Below are positions 40,213 through 50,165 of a stretch of DNA of 64,000 nt, in pieces (positions within the stretch are counted from its first letter, which is position 1; every line of letters begins with the position of its first letter). Origin of the DNA: a bacterium (GTDB lineage: Bacteria; JAJVIF01); the NCBI GenBank assembly GCA_022072165.1, contig JAJVIF010000004.1:79667-143666 (forward strand), read 5' to 3'. The notes below the pieces were generated by a model. The model did no database searches and was not told the DNA's origin. It was given only the letters and a program-made list of their open reading frames with translations. A program made the translations under genes and the position numbers.

Positions 40213-40995
40213 TCACCGTTTCGCAGCGACCGGGGTCGCCTGCTTGCGGGGTGCGAGCAGGAGACGCTCGCCGGGATAGTCGATGTGACAGGTGTAGCGG
40301 CTCAGGATGCCGAGCCCCAGACGCCCCATCAGGACCGCACCAGTCTGTGGGACATGCACCGCTGGCCAGGAGGGGAGCGCCTGTTGTCGGCAGCGCAGGC
40401 CGGTGGTCTCAAAGCGGACCGGCCCACCAGACTCCTCCGGACTGGCGAAGCGCTCGATGTCAAAGCTCTCCGCTTCGATGAGGAGTCCTCCGGCGTACGC
40501 CGTCTCCAGTCGGACCTCCAGCGCTTCACCTGCCAACTGGAGCGGAATCAGAGCCTGTCGGTCTTCCAGGCGCAAGGGGAGCTCGTGCGTGACCTCAAAG
40601 GGGGGAGGGCCATCGAGAATCAGGGTCTGCTGATCCCAGTCGATCGTGAGGGCGATCTCGGCGAAGAGGGGATAGCCCAGGAGGCCCTGGATTGGCTGGC
40701 CGGTGGTAGCGCGATAGGGGAGGTCGACTGCCAGCACCTGGTCGGGCTGCTGCCGGAAGCGTCCCAGTTGCAGCAGTTCGCCCTCGAGGGTGTCCGCCTC
40801 GACTCCTTCCCCCTCGATGTCCACGCAAAGGGACTCCACCGCTTCCCCCTGCTCGATGGGGTGCATCCCCCGATGCAGGACATGCCAGCCAGCGGCGGAA
40901 TCGAGGAGCCAGGGGCCACGACGTCCGCCATAGACCACCTGCACTTCGATGAGATTGCCCGGTCCCCGGGCAAAGCCGACTGACAGCGGCGCCAT
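40213..40995 (-). CDS. hypothetical protein, possibly pepsin/retropepsin-like fold with degenerate active site
   Basis: LLDSAAGWHVL resembles the D(S/T)G(A) aspartic protease motif with Gly replaced. Confidence 0.4.
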   Translation of the reverse strand: MAPLSVGFARGPGNLIEVQVVYGGRRGPWLLDSAAGWHVLHRGMHPIEQGEAVESLCVDIEGEGVEADTLEGELLQLGRFRQQPDQVLAVDLPYRATTGQPIQGLLGYPLFAEIALTIDWDQQTLILDGPPPFEVTHELPLRLEDRQALIPLQLAGEALEVRLETAYAGGLLIEAESFDIERFASPEESGGPVRFETTGLRCRQQALPSWPAVHVPQTGAVLMGRLGLGILSRYTCHIDYPGERLLLAPRKQATPVAAKR

Positions 40996-41031
40996 AGCGC
41001 TGATGATACGGATGTCTGGCGGTGATGGTCG

Positions 41032-42489
41032 TTAGCGGCTCTGCTGATAACGGGCGAGGATGAGCTGGCGCTGGGCGGCCCGGTCGATGATGGGGGCGGG
41101 GTAAGAGAGTCCGGCGGGGTGCCGCAGCGGATCGTGGATCACCGCGTCGGGCAAATGGGCCAGTTCCGGCAGCCAGCGTCGCAGGTACACCCCATGCGGA
41201 TCAAACTTCTGCGCCTGCGTGACGGGATTAAAGATCCGGAAGTATGGCGCTGCATCGGTACCGATGCCCGCAGTCCATTGCCAGCCCAGGGTGTTGTTGG
41301 CGAGACTCCCATCGATGAGATGCGCGAGGAACCAGTCCGCTCCGAGTCGCCAGTGGAGGCCCAGGTCCTTGGTGAGGAAACTCGCGGTGAGCATCCGGGC
41401 GCGATTGTGCATGGTGCCAGTGGCCCCAAGCTCCCGCATGGCGGCATCGATGACCGGATAGCCCGTCTGCCCCTCGCTCCAGGCCGTGAAGGCGATGGGG
41501 TCATCGCGCCAGGTGAGGGTGCGGTAGCGCTCCTGAAACGCATCCCGGACAGTCTCGGGAAAGTGCCAGAGGATCGCGTGGGCGAAGTCGCGCCAGGCTA
41601 CTTCCTTGATGAACTTCTCCAGACTCGCTGCGGGACTCCCGGGTTGCCACATCCGTGCTGCTGACTGCGCGATGACCTCCCGCGAGGAGAGGCAGCCGCT
41701 CTGGAGGGCCGCGCCGAGACGTGATGTCACATCGCGGCCGAGGAAGTCGCGACCGTCAGCGTAGTCCGCCACCGGACCCTCCAGGAACGCGGTCAGCTGC
41801 CGCCGCGCCGCGCCTTCGCCGCCGGTGAGATTGGTCGCGGCATCACCGGGGTTCCGTCCGAGGGAGTGCAGGGTCGGGAGCGGATCGGCGGGAACCGAGG
41901 CGATCCAGTCGGCGGATCCGGCAGGCAATCGTGGAGGCGGCAGGATGGCGGGGGGATCCGCCTGCCAGCGACCCCAGAGGTTCCGCCAGAAGGGGGTGTA
42001 GACCCGGTAGGGTTCCCCGGACTGTTGCGCGAGTGACGCCAGTGGCAGAGTCGTGGTGGACTCGATGGCGTGGACGGCGACACCGTGGCGCGTACACCAG
42101 TCGCGGATGGCGCTGTCCTGACGCACAAAGCCCGGTTCCACCTGGGGCGTCAGATAGAGCGCATCGGCCTGGACTTCCCTCAAGAATGTGCAGACCGCGT
42201 CCTGGTACTGCGCCAGCGGGTCTGACATCAGCATGTCATCGGTGGGGATCAGGCGAAAGCAGAGGCCCCCATCGAGACGTTCCAGATTGCGCTGCAGCGC
42301 CGCGATGGACTCCAGGAGAAAGCCCGCCCTCAGTGGCGCGGTCAGCGGGTGTCGCATCCGGTGCTCGTGCATCAGAAAGACCGGCAACACCAGGTCACAG
42401 TCGCGGGAGGCAGCGGTGAGGGCGGGGTGGTCAGCGGTCCGCAAGTCGAGGCGGTACCAGACGACACCGCGTCGGTAACGGGAGATCAT
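41032..42489 (-). CDS. deoxyribodipyrimidine photolyase/cryptochrome family protein
   Basis: TGYPVIDAAMRELGATGTMHNRARMLTASFLTKDLGLHWRLGADWFLAHLIDGSLANNTLGWQWTAG, FAD-binding region of photolyases; start at MISRYRRGVVWYRLDLR. Confidence 0.85.
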   Translation of the reverse strand: MISRYRRGVVWYRLDLRTADHPALTAASRDCDLVLPVFLMHEHRMRHPLTAPLRAGFLLESIAALQRNLERLDGGLCFRLIPTDDMLMSDPLAQYQDAVCTFLREVQADALYLTPQVEPGFVRQDSAIRDWCTRHGVAVHAIESTTTLPLASLAQQSGEPYRVYTPFWRNLWGRWQADPPAILPPPRLPAGSADWIASVPADPLPTLHSLGRNPGDAATNLTGGEGAARRQLTAFLEGPVADYADGRDFLGRDVTSRLGAALQSGCLSSREVIAQSAARMWQPGSPAASLEKFIKEVAWRDFAHAILWHFPETVRDAFQERYRTLTWRDDPIAFTAWSEGQTGYPVIDAAMRELGATGTMHNRARMLTASFLTKDLGLHWRLGADWFLAHLIDGSLANNTLGWQWTAGIGTDAAPYFRIFNPVTQAQKFDPHGVYLRRWLPELAHLPDAVIHDPLRHPAGLSYPAPIIDRAAQRQLILARYQQSR

Positions 42490-42563
42490 CGCCTGAGGAT
42501 AGCCGCCCGGCGGGTCAGGTGGGGCAGGCTGATGTGTGAAGGCAGCGCAGCCGCGAGGCGGCC

Positions 42564-42923
42564 TCAATAGCCGACGATCCGGACCCCGCAGAACACACAG
42601 TAGCGACGTCGCGAGGGCTGCTCTTCCCCGCACGAGGGGCAACGGGGGAGGGGCGTCCCTGCAGTGGGCGAACTCCCGTCCACCTTCTGGCCACAGCCGA
42701 CACAGAAGCAGGCCCCCTTCAGGAGCGGAGTCTGGCAGGCAGGGCAGTCGAGGCCGGAGCACTGACGAAAGACCGTTTCGCAGGCGGCACACAGTTCATC
42801 GGATTCCCGGACGCCTTCGCCACAGACTGGGCAGGGGAGCAGGGTCCCGGTGCTGCAGGCAGGACACCAGGCGGCCCCCTCGGGGATCAGCGCGCCGCAT
42901 TCCTGGCAGGTCGGGGAACTCAC
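42564..42923 (-). CDS. multi-zinc-ribbon domain protein
   Basis: Repeated CxxC pairs (CQECG, CPAC, CPVCG, CAAC, CPAC, CVGCG, CPSCG, CVFCG). Confidence 0.5.
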   Translation of the reverse strand: MSSPTCQECGALIPEGAAWCPACSTGTLLPCPVCGEGVRESDELCAACETVFRQCSGLDCPACQTPLLKGACFCVGCGQKVDGSSPTAGTPLPRCPSCGEEQPSRRRYCVFCGVRIVGY

Positions 42924-42976
42924 CAGCGGGAGGATACAGGGTTGAGACGCAAGCCCAGGCAGGTGCTGGACTCGAC

Positions 42977-43990
42977 TTACAGGTCGAGGAGTCCTGCAGG
43001 GAGCTTGCGCCAGACACCAGGCTGGTCGGTCTTGTACTGCCAGACCAGCGAGTTTTGCGAATCCAGCAGGGACTCATGGACGATCATTGCAAACCGCTGG
43101 TTCCGAAACTTCTTTCCGGCCGAAGGTTCCCCTCTGGTCAATTGTGCCTGCCGCTTGGGCGCTTCGCCCTTCTCCGATGATGGAGGGGTGGCGTACTCGA
43201 TGATGTAGTTTTCTGAGGTGGCGAACATGACCCACCGGGTATTGTTCACCTCATAGTGAAAGCGCCATTGGCCGGCCTGCGAATGCCAGACTTCCACCGG
43301 TCCGACTTCCTGCTCAATGATCTCCAGTGTCTGGGGGGGAATCCGGAGCCCGAGTTGTTTTTCCAGCCACTGCCCGCCAGGGACTTCGGACGCGGGGGCG
43401 AAAAGCAGTCCCCGGGCGATCCCGTGCAGCAGCTGGAGACCCAGTGGGTCGTGGATACTGAAGCGCAAAATGTGTGGCAGCTCCAGTTCATCCTTGGGGC
43501 GGGGACCCACATTGTGAAACCAGGTACCCTTCGTTTTGCCTTCAAACGGGGCCTCGACATACCAGAGTCCATTGGTGGACTTGTAGCAGCGCCAGCCGTG
43601 GGGTGGCATGACGTCCAGGCGGATGGGCATCAACTCCCCCTGGGCATCGAAGGGTACCAGCGGTAGCGGACTTTCCAGCTCGGGCTGACCGCCCCCGAGC
43701 CAGGCATGAATCACGTCATCCTGGTTACGGGTCGCCGTGCCGATGGCTATCGCAAACGCCTGCAACGAGTTGAAGAGACGTTGCTCCTCAGACTGATTGA
43801 GCCGCTGGGCTATGAACGCCTCCTGCTCTCGTGCTGCTTGCTGGCTTGCGGAGGCGCAACCGCAGCCCAAGATGACACTCAGCATCAGCAGGAGCACCCA
43901 ACCGGAGCCCACGTGGACTGGCAAGTTGCCTGAGCCATACGGCTGCTTCTGCCTATTCACAGCAGCTGCACAGGAAGAGTCTGTGAGCAT
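42977..43990 (-). CDS. lipoprotein, function unknown (downstream partner of Cys-rich protein 1)
   Basis: Hydrophobic segment plus lipobox WVLLLMLSVILGCGC; start uncertain (ATG 43990 or GTG 43913). Confidence 0.5.
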   Translation of the reverse strand: MLTDSSCAAAVNRQKQPYGSGNLPVHVGSGWVLLLMLSVILGCGCASASQQAAREQEAFIAQRLNQSEEQRLFNSLQAFAIAIGTATRNQDDVIHAWLGGGQPELESPLPLVPFDAQGELMPIRLDVMPPHGWRCYKSTNGLWYVEAPFEGKTKGTWFHNVGPRPKDELELPHILRFSIHDPLGLQLLHGIARGLLFAPASEVPGGQWLEKQLGLRIPPQTLEIIEQEVGPVEVWHSQAGQWRFHYEVNNTRWVMFATSENYIIEYATPPSSEKGEAPKRQAQLTRGEPSAGKKFRNQRFAMIVHESLLDSQNSLVWQYKTDQPGVWRKLPAGLLDL

Positions 43991-44495
43991 CTTTATCCTC
44001 CTCGGTGGGTTCAGGCCAGCAATGCAGGTGTTCCTGGCGGGGGCAGCAGGCGTCACAAATCTGATCGTCACCAGTCCAGATGGGCGGACTGGCCTCCTCT
44101 CTCCACGTAAAGCGTGCATCAACCCCTAGTTCCCCACACGGGATGGGTGGGAAGTTCCCAGGGTGCCCAGGATGCTCGTTCTCTATCTCCTCGTAAAGGC
44201 GCTTAAAGTCTTCACAGGTTTCCTGATTCACGCAGGCATACATAGCAGAGTAACCACCGTATTCCGCAGCGCCCCCAGAGATAGCGATGGGTTCTGAGCA
44301 GCTCGGAATCGGAAAGGTGTCACAACAGCAGATGAACTCCGAGAGTTCAAAGTCGAGCGTGGTGTAAAGCGAGATCGCGATCGGGACGCAGCACCCATCT
44401 GGCACGTTTTGCGCCTGGGAAGTCTTCGCGGGGGCTAGCTGTGTCGCGGCCAGCAGTAGCAGCAGCACTGAAAAGTGAAGGGACTTGTGTTTCAT
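43953..44495 (-). CDS. secreted cysteine-rich small protein 1
   Basis: Signal peptide MKHKSLHFSVLLLLLAATQLAPAKTSQA, AAGGA RBS, about 18 Cys including CC and CCC clusters; start overlaps upstream lipoprotein stop (ATGA). Confidence 0.5.
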   Translation of the reverse strand: MKHKSLHFSVLLLLLAATQLAPAKTSQAQNVPDGCCVPIAISLYTTLDFELSEFICCCDTFPIPSCSEPIAISGGAAEYGGYSAMYACVNQETCEDFKRLYEEIENEHPGHPGNFPPIPCGELGVDARFTWREEASPPIWTGDDQICDACCPRQEHLHCWPEPTEEDKDAHRLFLCSCCE

Positions 44496-45508
44496 CGGTT
44501 TTCATTCCTTTCTGGTGCAGACTCCAGACGTGGGACCTCGACATAATCCCACTGATGGGCGGAGAGATCTTCCCAGAGGACCATCTCCTGCAATTGCTGG
44601 GCGATGTGGGCCGACAGGCCTGACTTTCCATAAGGAATGGCAGGACGGTAGTTCAGCAACTTCTTTTTGGGATGAATCTGGAGGTCGTGCCACAAGTCAG
44701 GTATACCTGGACCTGTGAGATGGAGTGCCACTGCGGTGTTATCTGGACGTTTGTACGCCATGATCGAGGGATAGAGAGCCAGCAGGGCTTCCCAGGGCTC
44801 CTGCTGCATTTTGAGATGGAGCGCGTCGAATGCCTGCGACGGCGATTCAGGCATTTGTTTGTAGTACCAATGGTAATGAGTGATGATGCTTGCCAGACTT
44901 CCGGCCCTTCGTGCGCAGAGGTCCTCAGCATCTGGTTCGTGCTCGAAGCCCGGCTTATACTCGCCGGCCAGCGGACGCATAGGCTCATAGCCCTCCCAGC
45001 CGCCGTGAAGGGCCACCCCGAAGTGATCCTCAACCGGGTAGACCGCGATGCTCAACAGGGGCACATCCCCATGTGTCTGAACTACCGGCCAGGGCTCTCC
45101 ACTTTCAAGACAGGGCCAGTAAAGAACCTCAGACGCCAATTCGTTCCAGTTGTTTGGTGCAGTCAACCGGGCCGCTGATGGCACCGCAATTGGGCCAAAG
45201 TAGTAGTTCACCAGGGCCGAATTGACTTCCGCAAAAGTCAGACGTGCCTGGACTTTGGTGATCCCGAGTGGACCATAAGATCTGGCGACCTTCCAGAAGT
45301 CGAAGTAATCGACAGGTTTTTCCTGACGTTTGGTCGCAGTAGAATTCGCAGGCACTTGAGCCAAATCAGTTAGTTTTCCACTATCGCTGACCTGTACCGA
45401 TTTTTCGGCTGAGTTGACCCCGCTGCACCCCATCAGGTACTGGCAGGCCAAGGCAGTCATGAGAGCGACCGTGAGCACGTTCTGACGGGTATTTGTGCGC
45501 TGAGTCAT
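44492..45508 (-). CDS. lipoprotein, function unknown (downstream partner of Cys-rich protein 2)
   Basis: MTQRTNTRQNVLTVALMTALACQYLMGCSG (lipobox); begins 5 nt after the stop of the upstream Cys-rich gene. Confidence 0.55.
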   Translation of the reverse strand: MTQRTNTRQNVLTVALMTALACQYLMGCSGVNSAEKSVQVSDSGKLTDLAQVPANSTATKRQEKPVDYFDFWKVARSYGPLGITKVQARLTFAEVNSALVNYYFGPIAVPSAARLTAPNNWNELASEVLYWPCLESGEPWPVVQTHGDVPLLSIAVYPVEDHFGVALHGGWEGYEPMRPLAGEYKPGFEHEPDAEDLCARRAGSLASIITHYHWYYKQMPESPSQAFDALHLKMQQEPWEALLALYPSIMAYKRPDNTAVALHLTGPGIPDLWHDLQIHPKKKLLNYRPAIPYGKSGLSAHIAQQLQEMVLWEDLSAHQWDYVEVPRLESAPERNENR

Positions 45509-45513
45509 AGGTT

Positions 45514-46029
45514 TCAGCTCGCTTTCTTGTAAGGGCAAGGTGGCAAGTCTGTTTCACACCGCATTCGCGCTTCATGCGGGCAGAAGGGCTCATTGGGACT
45601 TTGTGGAATCGGACAGTCCACAAAAATCTGACCTGGGCATGGAGGTTGGCCTTTTTCTGCCGGCTCTATTAATGCAACAACGTTCCCATAACAGAGTTCC
45701 AGACACCAGCCTTGTCCATCCCTGATGCAGTCAGTGAAGCCTGGTGCAGCTTCAGCGCAATCACCGCAGCGGCACGCTGATCCAAAGGACTCGTTACATT
45801 TCTTGGAGCTTTGGGAAGAGATACCAATCCAGTAGGTCAGCCCGTTGGCGGCACAGTCGCAGGAGTATACTTCTTGGTCATTGCACGGTTCATCGTCTTC
45901 AGTACAAGTCAGGCAGCAATGGCCATAGGCATGAGCCTGACTGACATAACCTGCTTCCGGAGTCGTCCACAAGCTGCCGCACAGGAGCGCCAGGACGATC
46001 ACCATGAGACGTCTGATCTGCATCGTCAT
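45514..46029 (-). CDS. secreted cysteine-rich small protein 2
   Basis: Signal peptide MTMQIRRLMVIVLALLCGSLWTTPEAGYVSQAHA followed by YGHCC...; about 20 Cys. Confidence 0.5.
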   Translation of the reverse strand: MTMQIRRLMVIVLALLCGSLWTTPEAGYVSQAHAYGHCCLTCTEDDEPCNDQEVYSCDCAANGLTYWIGISSQSSKKCNESFGSACRCGDCAEAAPGFTDCIRDGQGWCLELCYGNVVALIEPAEKGQPPCPGQIFVDCPIPQSPNEPFCPHEARMRCETDLPPCPYKKAS

Positions 46030-46071
46030 CCCCCAAGAATGCTGGGGACTGCATACTAATGCACAAGGTTA

Positions 46072-46091
46072 CTCTCTCTCTCTCTCTCTCT
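46072..46091. repeat. dinucleotide microsatellite (CT)10
   Basis: CTCTCTCTCTCTCTCTCTCT sits 43-62 nt upstream of the 46029 start codon, between the M16 peptidase stop and the Cys-rich gene 2 start. Confidence 0.9.
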
Positions 46092-46136
46092 GTCAAGGCG
46101 ATGCCGGAAAATTATTGGCGATGAGCCGACACGCGG

Positions 46137-48866
46137 TTACTCCAGCGAGACGGCGGGGGTGAAGAGGTCGCCGGTCACGGCCAGCCAGGCATTGGCGGGC
46201 TGGAAGTACGTCGTCGCGACCCGGTTCGCCTCCTCCACCGTGACCCCGGCCATCCGCTGGAGGAGCTGCCAGTCGAAGTCCCAGGGGAGATCCCGGGCGA
46301 CATTGAGCGCCATCGCCTGTGATTGCGCCTGCATCCCAGCCAGCGACATCAGGGTTTGCCCCCTGCTGTAGGTGACAGCGGTTGCGAGCTCTTCGGCTGT
46401 GATGCCCTCGGTGGCGATGAGCCGAAACTCCCGCTGCAGGCCGGTGATGGCCTGCTCCCACATTTCAGGCCGTGTCCCAATCCGGGCCGACAGGATGCCG
46501 CCATCACGATACGCCTCCACCCGGGAATAGGTGCCATAGGCCAGCCCTTCCTTGCCCCGCAGCCGGTCAAACAGCCGGGAGAGCCAGCTGCCTCCCAGCA
46601 CCATGTTGACCGCCTGGATCGCCGGGAGGTCCGGGTCATGCAGGGCGACGCCGGGGAGTCCCAGCACACTCATCGTTTGGGCCTTGGCGGTCTGCTGGAC
46701 AATCCGCTGCAGGCCCGTGGCGCTCCGGGGGATAGCGGGAGAGAGCACGGTGCCGGTCTGACGTTTCCGCACCGGTAACCCTCCAAAAATGGTTTCCAGC
46801 TCAGGCTGCACAGTGGCGGGATCGATGTCACCTGTCAGGGTCAGGACTAACGTAGAGGGATCAAAGATGTGCACCGCGTGATCCAGCAGATGCTCCCGGG
46901 TCAGAGCACTGACCGCCGCAGGGCGTCCCAACGGCGGACGGCCGTACGCCACGTCCTGGCCCCACATCGCCAGCGTCAGCTGATCATGTGTGGTGTTGTA
47001 CGACTCATCGGCCCGGGCGGTGATCTCCGCGAGAAGGATGTCGCGGGCGACTGCCACTTCCTCTTCGGGGAAGGTGGCCTGACTGATGAGATCGGCGATC
47101 AACGGCAATGCTGTGGCGAGGTCATCGGCGGCATAGAGTCCGCTCAGCGAGGTGGTGTCGTAGCTGACACTCACTTCGAAGCGTCCGCCGAGGTGGTCGA
47201 TGAGTCCCAGGATGTCATCGGCAGAACGGGTGGTCGTCCCCTTGGTCAGGGTCCGCTCCAGCAGCGCGCCGAGTCCGTTGGTCTCCCAGGACTCCAGATC
47301 GAGTCCCTGCGGCGCGGCGAGAGTGAGCCCCACCGTCCCGGTCCCAAGGACCGGCTTCACCAGCACCCGCATCCCGTTCCGGAGCGTCAGCGTGGTGGGT
47401 GCCGCCCCCGCTCCGGCGGCCTGACTGGCGGGATAGATCGGCTGTGTGGATGTCCCCAGCCGGCCGATGTCGCCAGGTCGCTCCAGGGGAGCGGCTGAGG
47501 GGTCCAGCAATGACCAGTTCGGGGTCAGGGGAGCCGCACCAGTCTCGGCGGTGGCGAGGCCGAGGGTGATGTGCGCGGCGGGGAGGAAATGCTGCGCCGC
47601 CCACTGGACATCCGCAGCGTTGACCCCCGCCAGGCGAGCGGCATAGTCTTCGAAGAAGAGGGGAGACCCGGTGGCGTTGATGTAATAGCCGAGGGTGTAG
47701 GCCTGACTCTGGACATCCTCCCCCAGGAACAAATGCTGGAGCATCAGCTGTCGGCGCGCGCGGTCAAGCTCGCTCGCGGTGGGGCCCTGCTCCTTGAGCT
47801 GCCGAATGACCCTGAAGATTTCCTCGGTAGCAGCGAGGGTCTGCGCGGGGTCCGCCATCTCCGCGCTGAGCCAAAAGGCGGACTGCGTGATCAGTTCTTG
47901 TGTGCTGGTAGAGATGTCGGAGACGAGCCCGAGCTCGTCGCGCAGACGTCGCACCAGCCGACTTGCATCCCCCTGTCCGAGAATCGCGGCCAGCACCTGC
48001 AGAGCATAGGTTTCATCGGCACGGGCGGCGGTTGTGGGCCAGACAGCAGCGATGTGATTGGTGGCGTAGTCCCGGACTCCCACCAGCGACTGCGGCGCAG
48101 TCTGGGAGTAGGGAGTCGTGCCGGGGTCCGGGGCGATTTCAGTCGGCTGCCAGGCACTGAACTCTTCGGTGAGGATCTGCAGCGCATCCTCCGCGTTAAA
48201 GTCACCGACGGCAATGGTGAATGCGTTGTTGGGACCATAAAAGCGACGGTAGTACTCCCGCATCTGCTCATTGGTCTGGGCATCGAGGGTCGGGGCATCG
48301 CCGATGACCGGATGCCGATAGCCAGCGTGGGCCATGGCTGCCGGGAGCACCAGATCGCCCAGGAACCAGCCGGGGTTGTCGAGTCCCTGCCGGAGCTCTT
48401 CCTTCACGACTTCGCGCTCCCGTCCGAACTCGCTGTCCAGGAGCACGGGCTGGCTCACGAGGAGGGCGGTCATATGCGCGATTTCCCGGAGCTTGTCGGC
48501 GGGTCCGACATGGAAGTAGTTGGTGTTGTCCTGATCCGTGGAGGCGTTGTTGTCGATGGCGTTCTGAAACAGGATGCGGTTGAAGTCATCCAGGGGCATC
48601 CCGACTGATCCATCAAAGAGCATGTGCTCGAGGAAATGGGAGATGCCGGCATCGGCTGGTTGCTCGTTGCGGGCCCCGACCCGAAACCAGGTATTCACGA
48701 CCGCCACTGGCGCCGCGTGGTTCTCGACAATGAGCAATTGCATCCCATTGGGAAGGGTCGCCATGAGCATCCCCCCGGGAGTGCGGACCGGTTCGGCAGC
48801 GGGGGCAGGGGTGGCAACGGTGAGGGACATCAGGACTCCGGTGAGCAGCAGCACGAGGGCGCGCAT
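46137..48866 (-). CDS. secreted tandem M16-family zinc peptidase (pitrilysin/insulinase-like)
   Basis: Signal peptide MRALVLLLTGVLMSLTVATPAPAAEP; inverzincin motif HFLEHMLFDGS (HxxEH); about 900 aa consistent with two M16 units; GGAGG RBS. Confidence 0.85.
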   Translation of the reverse strand: MRALVLLLTGVLMSLTVATPAPAAEPVRTPGGMLMATLPNGMQLLIVENHAAPVAVVNTWFRVGARNEQPADAGISHFLEHMLFDGSVGMPLDDFNRILFQNAIDNNASTDQDNTNYFHVGPADKLREIAHMTALLVSQPVLLDSEFGREREVVKEELRQGLDNPGWFLGDLVLPAAMAHAGYRHPVIGDAPTLDAQTNEQMREYYRRFYGPNNAFTIAVGDFNAEDALQILTEEFSAWQPTEIAPDPGTTPYSQTAPQSLVGVRDYATNHIAAVWPTTAARADETYALQVLAAILGQGDASRLVRRLRDELGLVSDISTSTQELITQSAFWLSAEMADPAQTLAATEEIFRVIRQLKEQGPTASELDRARRQLMLQHLFLGEDVQSQAYTLGYYINATGSPLFFEDYAARLAGVNAADVQWAAQHFLPAAHITLGLATAETGAAPLTPNWSLLDPSAAPLERPGDIGRLGTSTQPIYPASQAAGAGAAPTTLTLRNGMRVLVKPVLGTGTVGLTLAAPQGLDLESWETNGLGALLERTLTKGTTTRSADDILGLIDHLGGRFEVSVSYDTTSLSGLYAADDLATALPLIADLISQATFPEEEVAVARDILLAEITARADESYNTTHDQLTLAMWGQDVAYGRPPLGRPAAVSALTREHLLDHAVHIFDPSTLVLTLTGDIDPATVQPELETIFGGLPVRKRQTGTVLSPAIPRSATGLQRIVQQTAKAQTMSVLGLPGVALHDPDLPAIQAVNMVLGGSWLSRLFDRLRGKEGLAYGTYSRVEAYRDGGILSARIGTRPEMWEQAITGLQREFRLIATEGITAEELATAVTYSRGQTLMSLAGMQAQSQAMALNVARDLPWDFDWQLLQRMAGVTVEEANRVATTYFQPANAWLAVTGDLFTPAVSLE

Positions 48867-49012
48867 GGGGCCTCCAGGCATACCTCCCGGGCTGGTGGGT
48901 CCGGGGAGGGTGAGAAAGGCGAAGTGCCGGGGGGAAGGATACGCGAGCCGCCCGGGGGGCCGGGCGGCGAAGGCAGGCTTACATCAAAGTCGGTCGGTCG
49001 TGCCGACGAGCC

Positions 49013-50074
49013 TCAGAGCCCTGGGAGGATGGCATCGGCGGCGGGGGTCAGAGTGAAGGCCGCCAGGGGCTGCCAGGCGAGACCCTCCACGGCATCGGCC
49101 CGGAGTCCCTGGGTGACGAACTCTCCCGGTCCCGACACCGTGACCTGCACGATGCCAGCTTCCTCGAGGCCGCTGGGGTAACGGAGCAGGAAGCGCAGAT
49201 GTGTCCCGGCAGGTTCACTAAAGAGGGCGAACCCGCTGGCGGTGCCATCGGTGAACGCCGCGCTGTCGATGGGGTCCAGATTGACCGGACCCAGCGCGGT
49301 TCCCCAGCCGATCTCTTCCATGCTTGCTGGCATCTGTCCGGTGTTAGCCAGGGTCGCGCTGGCGGCGTGGAGCCACTGGCTCAGCGCTTCTGCGACCCGG
49401 GCATCCTGCAGGGGACGGGCGGTCTGGCGGTACCCCTCCAGGATCTGCTGCCGGACTGCAGGCCGGCTGCTCTCGCGCTCGGCGGCCAGCATCGTGTCGA
49501 GGCTGTCAGGTGTCAGACTCTCCAGCGCTGCGATCTTCGGATTGACGAGCGGCGCAGGCGGCGCGGACTGACCCATACGGACGGGCTCCAGATGGAGGAG
49601 TCCATCGGTTTCGCCATAGACCGGGAGGTGTCCGGCAGGGGGCTGATTTGCCACGAGGGTCAAAGTCCACTGCGCGGCCTGCGAGCGCCAGGCTTCCGGG
49701 GTCACGGTGCCGGTGAGCGGGTCGGTGGTCGCGGCAGCGAGGATGCCCGTTGCGGGGTCGGCCAAAGTCCAGGCGAAGACAAAGGGGGCCAGGCCCTCCG
49801 GAGTCGCGGGCCAGCTCCCCTGGACCTGCGAGGCCCGGATGGCTCCCTGCGAGATGCCATGAAAGGTCAGGGGCAACAGAGAGAACCAGGTCGCAGAGTC
49901 CCGTTGCTGCAGACGAGTCGTGCGGGTCGCGAGCCAGGCCTCGACTCCCTCCACCTGCTGACTCCGGGGCTGATCGTTGACCGCAGTTGCGGTCTCCTTG
50001 GGGGGCGCGGTGATACACGCCGCGATGAACAATAGCGGCAACGGCACCAGCCAGCACAACGTACGGGTAGTCAT
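49013..50074 (-). CDS. lipoprotein, function unknown (downstream partner of Cys-rich protein 3)
   Basis: MTTRTLCWLVPLPLLFIAAC lipobox; strong AAGGAG RBS. Confidence 0.55.
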   Translation of the reverse strand: MTTRTLCWLVPLPLLFIAACITAPPKETATAVNDQPRSQQVEGVEAWLATRTTRLQQRDSATWFSLLPLTFHGISQGAIRASQVQGSWPATPEGLAPFVFAWTLADPATGILAAATTDPLTGTVTPEAWRSQAAQWTLTLVANQPPAGHLPVYGETDGLLHLEPVRMGQSAPPAPLVNPKIAALESLTPDSLDTMLAAERESSRPAVRQQILEGYRQTARPLQDARVAEALSQWLHAASATLANTGQMPASMEEIGWGTALGPVNLDPIDSAAFTDGTASGFALFSEPAGTHLRFLLRYPSGLEEAGIVQVTVSGPGEFVTQGLRADAVEGLAWQPLAAFTLTPAADAILPGL

Positions 50075-50165
50075 GGGATTCTCCTTGTGAGTTCTCACTT
50101 TTGTGGGACTTTTCCTCAGTGCGATCGGCTAAGAAAGACTGCTAGCATGGGCTGGTGGGCGCAGG

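Noticed and set aside
47571-48608. 345-aa plus-strand ORF
   Set aside because: Antisense to the M16 peptidase gene with its HxxEH motif.
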